A stretch of 30,379 bases of DNA, from the NCBI GenBank assembly GCA_039208735.1, contig JBCCQY010000109.1, positions 1 through 30,379 on the forward strand. Reading direction: 5' to 3'. Shown one piece after another: positions 1 to 7,691 of this stretch (position 1 is the stretch's first letter; each line of letters opens with the position of its first letter). Under the pieces are notes generated by a model. The model searched no databases. It worked only from the letters and a program-made list of their open reading frames with translations, and was not told the origin of the DNA. The position numbers were made by a program, and so were the translations under genes. This DNA is from Myxococcota bacterium. GTDB lineage: Bacteria > Myxococcota_A > UBA796 > GCA-2862545.

Positions 1-63
1 GCACAGCTTCAGGAGCCGCAACTCGGCGGCAGACAGATCGACGGGCGGATTCCAAGTGTCCAA
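1..63 (-). CDS. 5' end of a gene running off the window, possibly an IS1182-like transposase
   Basis: AGGAG precedes TTG at 63-61, giving MDTWNPPVDLSAAELRLLKLC. This resembles my recollection of myxobacterial IS1182-type transposase N-termini. Only 21 codons are visible. Confidence 0.3.
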   Translation of the reverse strand, partial: MDTWNPPVDLSAAELRLLKLC

Positions 64-577
64 CAGAAGCTCCTTCCTGGGCTTCTGTTAGATCACAACA
101 TACTCAGCGAGTCCATCCTTGACCGTTGATCGGGTCTCTAGGCCATTACAACGGCACGTTCTTGCAGGACAAGAGGCCGGATTTGCCGTCTACAGCCACC
201 TGGAGGTCGAGTTCTGAGATGAGTTTCGTGGTCCGAACACCTTCGGGGAGCAAGATCCTCTACAGACGGTTCAGGGTGCAACAAGGTCCCTTGCGAGCGT
301 GAGGGATTTGATCCGACGTATTCAGGGCCTCGACCCGAGAATCAGCGAAGTGTGGGTTCTCATCGGAGGGGGCGCTCGGCTGGGTCAAATTGCTTCATGA
401 GGCTGGTGCGGTCGTTCAACACCGCTCTCGACGGCGAGAGGCGAGCGGTCGTGGTGACCGGGCAATCGCCGACATCCGTGATGCCGTGCTCGCTCGTCGA
501 CGATGAATCTGAGAGGGCTCGATGCGCATTCAACAGGCCCTCTGACTGAACGCCCACTCGGCAAGCGCCACCCTCTC

Positions 578-592
578 GATATCATGATATCA
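578..592 (+). promoter_or_regulatory. Palindromic operator of the toxin-antitoxin operon
   Basis: Perfect palindrome GATATCATGATATC (578-591), containing a -10-like TATCAT, just upstream of the GGAGGAG RBS of the antitoxin. Confidence 0.6.
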
Positions 593-611
593 TTCCGGAG
601 GAGGGCATGGG

Positions 612-845
612 ATGGGGCAGCTGATCGTACGAAACCTCGACAACCACATCATCGAGGCCCTCAAGGCACGAGCAAGGGCAAACGGCAGGTCTGCCGAGGC
701 CGAACATCGAGAGATCCTGCGATTGGCCCTTGAGGGGCCCGCTGCAGGGCACTCGTTCTGGGATTGGCTCCGCGCCATGCCAGACGACGGGGAGGAGCTC
801 GAGTTGGAGCGCGACCGTCAGCTCCCTCGGGACGTTGACCTGTGA
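612..845 (+). CDS. FitA-like ribbon-helix-helix antitoxin
   Basis: MGQLIVRNLD...LKARARANGRSAEAEHREIL is the FitA/StbC RHH pattern. It has an acidic tail and a GTGA overlap with the PIN gene. Confidence 0.88.
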   Translation: MGQLIVRNLDNHIIEALKARARANGRSAEAEHREILRLALEGPAAGHSFWDWLRAMPDDGEELELERDRQLPRDVDL

Positions 846-1255
846 GTTGGCTCCTCGACACCAACGTCATCTCCGAGATCCGCAAGGGATCGCGGGGAGA
901 TCCTGGAGTTCAGCGGTGGTCGGCCGGACGCGACGACGCTGCCTACATCAGCGTCCTCACCCTCGGTGAACTACGCCGGGGCATCGAGCTGAAGCGACGT
1001 CGTGACCCAGAGGCAGCGGGTCACCTCGACGCCTGGCTCAACGTCCTCACCAGCACCTTCGCCGCTCGCATCCTCCCAGTCGATCAGCGAGTCGCCGAGC
1101 AATGGGGGCATCTCGGAGTTCCTGATACCGTGCCCGCCATCGACGGGCTGCTAGCGGCAACCGCGATCGTCCATGGCCTGACCCTGGTCACCCGAAATGT
1201 GTCGGATGTCGCCAAGACCGGCGTACCCGTTCTGAACCCGTTCGACGCGCCGTGA
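842..1255 (+). CDS. vapC: VapC/FitB-family PIN-domain toxin
   Basis: LLDTNVISE, ISVLTLGELRRG and DGLLAATAIVHGLTLVTRNVSD motifs; 137 aa. Confidence 0.93.
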   Translation: MSWLLDTNVISEIRKGSRGDPGVQRWSAGRDDAAYISVLTLGELRRGIELKRRRDPEAAGHLDAWLNVLTSTFAARILPVDQRVAEQWGHLGVPDTVPAIDGLLAATAIVHGLTLVTRNVSDVAKTGVPVLNPFDAP

Positions 1256-1271
1256 CCGACCTTTCACGATT

Positions 1272-1340
1272 GGCGTTGTTGCACCAACGGACGCTGTGCG
1301 TGCGATCGACGCATCCGCCGTGGTCGACGTCGTCAGCTCT
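1272..1340 (-). mobile_element. IS903-like remnant (orphan terminal repeat plus short transposase fragment)
   Basis: GGCGTTGTTGCAC at 1272 matches the TIR at 4141. About 35 bp near 1305-1340 resemble 1902-1936 of the transposase (ELTTSTTADASIA vs ELTESTTTDGSMA). Confidence 0.55.
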
Positions 1341-1447
1341 CGACAGGCTCTCCGCTGCGACAGACCGAACTACAGAAACCGCCGCTGGTTGAATCCTGCC
1401 CACGTCCGCACGCGTTCCATCGACGGCGCATGGCCGGTGCTCGCTAG

Positions 1448-2508
1448 GGCGCTGGTGCATGAAGGCGGCTGGCCTCATGATCGACCCACCGGCAAACCTC
1501 AGGTTGCAACGCGGACGGACTTGGGCATCCCAAGGCTCGTGAAGCGATTCAAGAGGTTGCAGCAGGCTAGAACCTCTGCCTGCTGGGCTCCAGGATGTCG
1601 CGCTCGGATTCGGCCTCCAAAGGTCTGCTTGAATCTAAAGAAGGTGTTCTCGGCTCTGGATTGTCGGGTCTGTCCTGACTCTTGGCGCCATTGTCTTCGT
1701 CCGACCTCCTCGATGCGCTCCAAGTGCGCATCTCGGCTCCGATGCGCAGCCTGGCCCGAGATTTTCGCGGTTCGCGAAGGAGGAATCACCGAACGAGCCC
1801 CTTTGTCGTGAATCGCCTGATGGACTTGACGTTGGTCGTAGGCGCCGTCCGCGATGACCTCGGTGACGTCTTGCTCGACTTGCTCGAGAAGCGCGGGCGC
1901 CATCGACCCATCCGTCGTGGTCGACTCCGTCAGCTCCGCAGCACAGATCTGACCCTGCTCGTCGACCGCGATGTGCAGCTTCTTCCAGCCTCGACGCCCC
2001 CTTTGCCCCCACTTCGCCGCAGCCCATTCTCCCTCGCCAACGATGCCAAGGCCCGTGGCGTCGAGGACCAGGATCACCGAATGTCCGGCGGACGTCGACC
2101 GGAGTTGCACGTTCAATCCTCGGGTCCGCCGGGACAGGGTCGTGTGATCGGGAACGTCGAGGTCTATGCCTACGAGCCGAAGCAACGAGTCGAGGAATCC
2201 CTCGGTCTGGCGCCAAGGAAGACGAAAGAGGAGTCGTAAGGTCAGGGCCAGTTCGATGACGGCGTCGGAGAACTTGGGCTGACCGCCACGACGACCGGTC
2301 GGCACGCCCTTCCATGCGTCGAGCAGCGCTGGAGTGAACCAAAGCGTGAACTCGCCTCGTCGGCGGAGCGACTGATCGTAGGATGGCCAGTTCTCAATCC
2401 GGTACTTGCCCTTGTACTTCGGACTCACCTTCGACCGCGCCAACCCCACTCGCATCGCCCCCTGGCGGATCAGCGTATCATACGTTCAGGCATCCGTGCA
2501 CCAGCGCC
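1448..2508 (-). mobile_element. IS5-family (IS903 group) insertion sequence, copy A
   Basis: TIRs GGCGCTGGTGCA (1448-1459) and TGCACCAGCGCC (2497-2508) enclose a single transposase; 1061 bp. No target duplication is seen. Confidence 0.88.
1499..2455 (-). CDS. IS5-family DDE transposase
   Basis: YRIENWPSYDQSLRRRG, VPDHTTLSRR, LDATG, WKKLHIAVD, ADGAYD and RAENTFFRFK motifs. Confidence 0.95.
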   Translation of the reverse strand: MRVGLARSKVSPKYKGKYRIENWPSYDQSLRRRGEFTLWFTPALLDAWKGVPTGRRGGQPKFSDAVIELALTLRLLFRLPWRQTEGFLDSLLRLVGIDLDVPDHTTLSRRTRGLNVQLRSTSAGHSVILVLDATGLGIVGEGEWAAAKWGQRGRRGWKKLHIAVDEQGQICAAELTESTTTDGSMAPALLEQVEQDVTEVIADGAYDQRQVHQAIHDKGARSVIPPSRTAKISGQAAHRSRDAHLERIEEVGRRQWRQESGQTRQSRAENTFFRFKQTFGGRIRARHPGAQQAEVLACCNLLNRFTSLGMPKSVRVAT

Positions 2509-3894
2509 CCCCGGAGTCCCGGGGCGGCTCTCATCGACCAGCTGTTCTTTGCCCTTCGTTACGATGGAGTCAGTGTAGGTATTTGCCGCGCACTATTCGC
2601 TGTCGCTGCTGATGAGACTGCACACCAGCTGACCGAACGAATTCGGGAGGCTCCCACAAGCCAGTATGCTCGTCGGGCGTGGCTGCTGTTCGAAGAGCTC
2701 ACAGGTCGTCGACTCGCCAACGAGGATGCGACCCGCGGCAACTACGTCAAGCTCGCCGATCCGAAGGTTCACGTCACCGGCCCCGTCGTCCGATACCGGC
2801 GCCAGAGAGTCGACGTGAACCTTATGGGCAGCATTCAGCTGTCGCCGGTGATTCGGTGGACGCCAGACCTCCGTGAGGTCTCAGGTGCCTTGCTTCGAAC
2901 CAGGATCGACTCGTTGGTCGCGACCTACGACGATGACGTAGTTCGAAGGGCGATCTCCTATCTCTACACACGGGAGACCCTCGCGAGTTTCGAGATCGAG
3001 CACGAGCGTCCTGCGCGGACCCGCGCGGAGCGTTTCATTGCGCTACTCCGGGAGGCTCCCTCGATTGAACGGCTCAACGAGATGACGCTTACCCGCCTGC
3101 AGAATGCGCTGGTCGATCCTCGGTTCACAGACGAAGGCTAGCGTAGCGATCAAAACTACGTGGGTGAAGCGATCGACGTGGTTCGTCAGCGCATCCATTT
3201 CGTTTCGCCGACCCCGCAGTCGCTCCCAGAGTTGATGGAGCGGTTCCTCGAACTTGCCAACTCGATTGGCGAGACCGATCCCGTGCTCCGGGCCACCGTG
3301 ATTTCGTTCGTCTTCGTGTTGTTTCATCCCTTCACGGATGGCAATGGGCGGATCCATCGTTGGCTACTGCACTGGGTGTTGTCTAGGAACGGAGTCACGC
3401 CGCCAGACGCCGTGATCCCCGTCTCTGCGGTGATGCTGCTGCGGCGTCGGGAGTACGACCAAGCGCTGGAGACCTTCTCTGTGCCCTTGATGAAGCTTGT
3501 CTCTTACGAACTCGACCACGTGGGTCGGCTAACGGTGACCTCGGATACCGACGACCTCTACCGCCATCCGGACCTGACGAAGATGGCAGAGGCGCTCTGG
3601 CGTTGGCTCAACGAGGCGGTCGAGCGGGAGCTGCCGTCACAGCTGCAATTCCTCGTTGGGCTCGACGGTGCACGCTTGGCCATCCAAGACATCGTGGACA
3701 TGCCGGATCGACTCGTCGTACTCTTCATTCAGGTGTGCAGGGCTAATGAAGGCATCCTGTCCTCTACGAAGCGAAAGCGACACTTCGCGATGCTGACCGA
3801 TGCCGAGGTCGAGCGGATGCAGGATGCCGTGCAAGAACACTTCGAACGAGCGGCTCGACTTGGTCAGCCAGAGCAGGTGGAGTCGAATCAATAG
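2509..3894 (+). pseudogene. Fic-family AMPylase, 5'-truncated by the IS and interrupted by an in-frame TAG
   Basis: ORFs 2383-3141 and 3160-3894 share a frame and are separated only by TAG at 3139-3141 (FTDEG*RSDQNYVGE). The canonical motif HPFTDGNGRIHR is present. The 5' end abuts the IS TIR and has no native start. Confidence 0.85.
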
Positions 3895-3957
3895 CCCAGC
3901 TCCGCGATGTTCCCCCAGATTCACGGCAGCTGAAATCCGAGAACCAGCCTGGAAACC

Positions 3958-4000
3958 GTACCCCCGAGACGATTCGAACGTCCGACCTACTGATTAGGAA
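3958..4000 (-). repeat. 3' half of tRNA-Arg(CCT), att-like site
   Basis: The minus strand reads TTCCTAA-TCAGT-AGGTC-GGACG-TTCGAAT-CGTCT-CGGGGGT-AC. This is anticodon loop, variable loop, T arm and acceptor strand. The 5' half is absent. Confidence 0.85.
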
Positions 4001-4064
4001 GAGGTCGAATTCGGTGCCCCGGCCGCCCAGAAGCAGAAGGTCGTTTCTGGCGGCGCCATCAGGC

Positions 4065-4098
4065 GTTGGCACTGTGTTGGCACCACTGACGTGCCAAC
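4065..4098. repeat. Putative integrase arm-type sites
   Basis: GTTGGCAC occurs at 4065 and 4076 (11-bp period), with an inverted copy GTGCCAAC at 4091, about 65 bp from the tRNA fragment. Confidence 0.5.
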
Positions 4099-4140
4099 AA
4101 CATCTGTTTTGCCTTGAAGCTGCAATACCCGGGTAGCACC

Positions 4141-5198
4141 GGCGTTGTTGCACAAAGGCGAGTAGCGGGTAGGAGTGGGCTCGACGGGGGAACTGTGCGA
4201 TCGAAGCGTTCCAAGGTGCATCCTCGGCACAAGCGCCGCTACCGAGTGACGAACTGGGCGTCGTACAACCAGGCGCTCCGTCGTCGAGGCGACCTCACCG
4301 TCTGGTTCTCGCCAGAGATCGTGCGCTGCTGGACTCCTCTCCCGTCCGGCCTCCGAGGCCGTCCGCGCCAGTACTCCGACGCCGTGATCGAGCTTGCCCT
4401 GGGTCTGCGCTTGCTCTTCGCCCTGCCTTGGCGACAGACCCAGGGCTTCCTGACCTCGTTGCTCGATCTCATGGGCCTCGATTGTCCCGTGCCCGACTAC
4501 AGCACGTTGGCGCGACGCTCGCGGGATCTCGACGTCGCTGTGGTCCGGCGACCTGCTGATGAGCCGCTGCACCTGGCCCTGGACGCGACCGGGCTGGCGG
4601 TCTTCGGACAGGGGGAGTGGGCCGCGGCGAAGTGGGGCGGTCGCGGAAAGAGAGGGTGGCGGAAGCTCCACATCGCGGTCGACGAGCGAGGCGTCATCCA
4701 GGCTGCCGTGCTGACGGAGCCAGGCGCGAGCGACCCCACCGTCGCGCCGGAGCTACTCGAGCAGGTCGACGACGTCATTGCCGAGGTCATCGCCGACGGG
4801 GCCTACGACTGGCGGTCGGTCTACCGAGCCATCCAGCGGATGGGGGCCCGCTCGGTGATCCCGCCTTCAAGGAATGCGGCCGTCACGGGGAAGCCGGAGC
4901 ATCGGGATCGAGACGCCCACCTGAGACGGATCGGGGAGGTGGGTCGTCGACAATGGCGGAAGGAGGCAGGTCAGCATCGACAGGCACGGGCGGAGAACAC
5001 GTTCCGCCGACTGAAATCGGAATTCGGACCTCGACTTCGTGCGAGGCATCCGAAGGCCCAACAGGCCGAGATCCTCACGGCCTGTAATCTGCTGAACCGG
5101 ATGGTTGAGCTGGGGTTCCCGAGCTCGACCCCGATTCGCGCGTGAACAACGTCGCCATGGCCGTTCTGTGTGACGGCGTCGGATTGTGCAACAACGCC
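4141..5198 (+). mobile_element. IS5-family (IS903 group) insertion sequence, copy B
   Basis: Perfect 15-bp TIRs GGCGTTGTTGCACAA (4141) and TTGTGCAACAACGCC (5184-5198); 1058 bp. No target duplication is seen. Confidence 0.92.
4195..5145 (+). CDS. IS5-family DDE transposase
   Basis: YRVTNWASYNQALRRRG, VPDYSTLARR, LDATG, WRKLHIAVD and ADGAYD motifs. The start was moved to GTG 4195, inside the TIR boundary. Confidence 0.94.
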   Translation: MRSKRSKVHPRHKRRYRVTNWASYNQALRRRGDLTVWFSPEIVRCWTPLPSGLRGRPRQYSDAVIELALGLRLLFALPWRQTQGFLTSLLDLMGLDCPVPDYSTLARRSRDLDVAVVRRPADEPLHLALDATGLAVFGQGEWAAAKWGGRGKRGWRKLHIAVDERGVIQAAVLTEPGASDPTVAPELLEQVDDVIAEVIADGAYDWRSVYRAIQRMGARSVIPPSRNAAVTGKPEHRDRDAHLRRIGEVGRRQWRKEAGQHRQARAENTFRRLKSEFGPRLRARHPKAQQAEILTACNLLNRMVELGFPSSTPIRA

Positions 5199-5220
5199 CC
5201 TCCCGAGAAGAGCGTAGTCA

Positions 5221-5243
5221 GATGTTCCCCCTGGGGGAACATC
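5221..5243 (-). terminator. Hairpin downstream of tRNA-Trp (terminator or binding site)
   Basis: GATGTTCCCC-CTG-GGGGAACATC forms a perfect 10-bp stem. There is no clear U-tract. Confidence 0.4.
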
Positions 5244-5284
5244 GCTCGGGAGGCTGCATCGGGCGATTATGAAGTTTCGAGGAA

Positions 5285-5357
5285 CAGGGGCACCAGGACT
5301 CGAACCCGGGACCTGCGGATTTGGAATCCGCTGCTCTACCAGCTGAGCTATACCCCT
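5285..5357 (-). tRNA. tRNA-Trp(CCA), CCA end not encoded
   Basis: AGGGGTA-TAGCTCAGCTGGTAGAGC-A-GCGGA-TTCCAAA-TCCGC-AGGTC-CCGGG-TTCGAGT-CCTGG-TGCCCCT-G forms a full cloverleaf of 73 nt. Confidence 0.97.
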
Positions 5358-5400
5358 TCGGTCCAACTCGCTTAACCGCAGTCCCCAACCTCGGCGACCC

Positions 5401-6141
5401 TCAATCCTGTCCGCGCTCGATCCGGTCGACCGCTACGCGCCACACGTCAGGGTCGAGAATCATCCCGAGGTGGCCGGACCCGACTTCAACGTGCTCCGCC
5501 AGCGCAGAGACGTGGTCGAGGCATGCTGGCCACGCCACGATCCGGTCATTTCGCGTGAACATCAGCGTCATCGGAACCTGAATGGGGCAATCCTGGTCGC
5601 GCTGGTCGATCATCTGCGTAATGCGCTCGATTTCAGACCGATCCCAACGTCGCGACGCCAGCGTAAACCGTGGCCCACCCACGACCGGCGTTCCGTAGGT
5701 GACGACGCGCTCCACGAGGTCGGGCCGTTCCCGGGCCAGCTCCCTCGCCACCACCCCGCCAAGGCTCCAACCCACCAACACCACCGGTGCGCCAACCTGA
5801 GCCACGATCGTTTCCAGCCGAGGTTTCATCCGCTCGACATCCCCTTCCGGATCGCCTCGGTTCGTGCCCAAACCCCAGTCGCGCGCATCGTGACCCCGCC
5901 ACGCGAGCAACCGACGCAACGGGGCCATGCTCGACCCCGACGCCCGAAATCCAGGAATCAACACCACCGTCCGCTGAACTCGCGCACGGCCGAGCAACCC
6001 AGGCGTTGCCCCCACCAAACGCACGGCCTCCCAAGCCACCGACGACTCCCGCCACAATGCGCTGACGTTGGTAGGCGCCTCCGGTTCGGGCGCCGACGGC
6101 GGAGCCCCATGGACGATCGGGTAGCTTCGAACTCCAAGCAC
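5401..6141 (-). CDS. Alpha/beta hydrolase (esterase/lipase-like)
   Basis: VVLIPGF, the nucleophile elbow GWSLGG, D in NDRIV and H in SGHLGM. Confidence 0.88.
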   Translation of the reverse strand: MLGVRSYPIVHGAPPSAPEPEAPTNVSALWRESSVAWEAVRLVGATPGLLGRARVQRTVVLIPGFRASGSSMAPLRRLLAWRGHDARDWGLGTNRGDPEGDVERMKPRLETIVAQVGAPVVLVGWSLGGVVARELARERPDLVERVVTYGTPVVGGPRFTLASRRWDRSEIERITQMIDQRDQDCPIQVPMTLMFTRNDRIVAWPACLDHVSALAEHVEVGSGHLGMILDPDVWRVAVDRIERGQD

Positions 6142-6169
6142 AATCGCCTCCTCGAGCCCCGAGGAGCTC

Positions 6170-6186
6170 TTATGACACTGTCATAA
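6170..6186. promoter_or_regulatory. TetR operator between the divergent hydrolase and TetR genes
   Basis: Perfect inverted repeat TTATGACA-C-TGTCATAA, overlapping a -10-like CATAAT. Confidence 0.7.
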
Positions 6187-6208
6187 TGATTTCGACGGGA
6201 GTTGGATC

Positions 6209-6808
6209 GTGAAATCTCGCCATGAGGCACGGGCGGGATCGCCAGATGCGGATGCGGTCCTCGAAGCAGCCCGACGCCTGCTCCATGCCGAAGGTGCGGG
6301 CGCGCTAACGGTTCGCCGCATCGCCGCCGAACTTGGGGTGTCGCGCCAAGTCGTCTACAGCCGTTTCGGCAATAAGGCCGGACTCCTACAAGCGCTCTAT
6401 GCCGACGGCTTTTCGCACCTGGCCCAAACCGTCCGCGACGTGCAAGCCAAACCCGGCACCGACGAACACATCCTCGCCGTGGCGGCCGCCTATCGCACGC
6501 GCGCGCTGGCCGAGCCCGCAATCTACGGCCTGCTCTTCGACGATACGCCCGATTTCGAACCCAACGGCGATGCCCGCAACACCTCGATCGAAGCCTTCGG
6601 GTCGATCGTCGACGTCGCCGCCCGCTGGCTTCAGGTTCCACCCACGGACCCCAAAGCCGTCTCGCTCGCCACCTCGTTTTGGTCTGCCTCTCACGGCGTC
6701 GTGGCCCTCGAACGCGCCGGCCACCTCTCACCCGCCGTGGCCACCCGACAGCTCGAAACCATCGTCCGTCGCATCCTGAACGGAAGCCGAAGGATTCCCG
6801 ACGACTGA
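6209..6808 (+). CDS. TetR/AcrR regulator with WHG-type C-terminal domain
   Basis: HTH region LTVRRIAAELGVSRQVVYSRFGNK and C-terminal FWSASHGVVALE. Confidence 0.92.
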   Translation: MKSRHEARAGSPDADAVLEAARRLLHAEGAGALTVRRIAAELGVSRQVVYSRFGNKAGLLQALYADGFSHLAQTVRDVQAKPGTDEHILAVAAAYRTRALAEPAIYGLLFDDTPDFEPNGDARNTSIEAFGSIVDVAARWLQVPPTDPKAVSLATSFWSASHGVVALERAGHLSPAVATRQLETIVRRILNGSRRIPDD

Positions 6809-6813
6809 CCCGA

Positions 6814-7455
6814 TCAACCGACGGGGGCGAGCTCCGGCGGCGTCACACCGAGGTAGCGACACGCCATCGCCACCAACTCCCGCTCGAAATTGCGGTCGTC
6901 GAGACGCTTGGGATCCTGGAGAATGGCACCGTGAATCGCGGCTTCGATCGACGTCACAAGCAGGAACGCTGCGGTCTCGAGATCGTCGACGGCCAACTGA
7001 TCGGCAAACCGCTCGAGATACTTGCGAACCAAGGGCCGCGACAAGCCATGCAGCTCGTTGATCGACGCAAGCCCATGGGCCAACACCGACGCGGTGAGGT
7101 GCACATGCAGTTCAGGATTCTGACGGTGCGCGGCAAGGCTCGCCGCAACATACTGCGCAATGGCGTTTTCGATGGGCTGAGCGCCAACCTCATCGAGCTG
7201 CTCGGCGAGGAACCGAACCTGCTCCTCATTGCGCTCGCGTGCCAACGTGAGCACCAACGATTCCTTGTTGGGGAAGTACTGGTACAAGCTACCCACACTA
7301 ACCCCAGCCACATCGGCAACACGGTTCGTGCTGGCGCCCGACCATCCTTCCTTGACGAGGACCTTGGCCGTAGCCTCCAAGATGGCGCGCACCATGCGCT
7401 TCGAACGGGCCTGACGGGGCTGCTTCCGGGGTTGCGTAGCGATCGGTACTGGCAT
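6814..7455 (-). CDS. TetR/AcrR family regulator
   Basis: PRKQPRQARS...STNRVADVAGVSVGSLYQYFPNKESL. The start was set to ATG 7455. Confidence 0.92.
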   Translation of the reverse strand: MPVPIATQPRKQPRQARSKRMVRAILEATAKVLVKEGWSGASTNRVADVAGVSVGSLYQYFPNKESLVLTLARERNEEQVRFLAEQLDEVGAQPIENAIAQYVAASLAAHRQNPELHVHLTASVLAHGLASINELHGLSRPLVRKYLERFADQLAVDDLETAAFLLVTSIEAAIHGAILQDPKRLDDRNFERELVAMACRYLGVTPPELAPVG

Positions 7456-7506
7456 TGAATGGCTCCGTGCAAAGGGGGGGTGTCTTTCGAGCCAGTCGAT
7501 CGATCG

Positions 7507-7648
7507 GGAATGCGAGCCGCTTGAGAACAAAAAATTGCTCGCATCGGCAAATTGACCCATACGCGAGTTTTGACGCCCAAGAAAAAATTCAAGAGGATCG
7601 CCTTTCGGCCGGTTCCCAACCTCCGGAATGCGAGCGGACGATCGCATT
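7507..7648. promoter_or_regulatory. Repeated AATGCGAG operator-like sites in the TetR/kynA intergenic region
   Basis: GGAATGCGAGC occurs at 7507 and 7625, with inverted partners GCTCGCAT (7537) and TCGCATT (7642). Confidence 0.5.
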
Positions 7649-7691
7649 GAGAGTGGCTGGAACACGAAGGTTCTCCCAGATAGGGGGCGCC

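Noticed and set aside
3139..3141. Amber recoding (pyrrolysine or alternative genetic code) in Fic
   Set aside because: TAG terminates many intact genes here (kynA, cytochrome, ECF, anti-sigma, egtD fusion), and the gene is also 5'-truncated.
1448..5198. Composite transposon formed by the two IS copies
   Set aside because: The TIRs differ, and the outer 9-bp flanks (GCTCGCTAG vs CCTCCCGAG) match at only 6 of 9 positions, so there is no clean target duplication.
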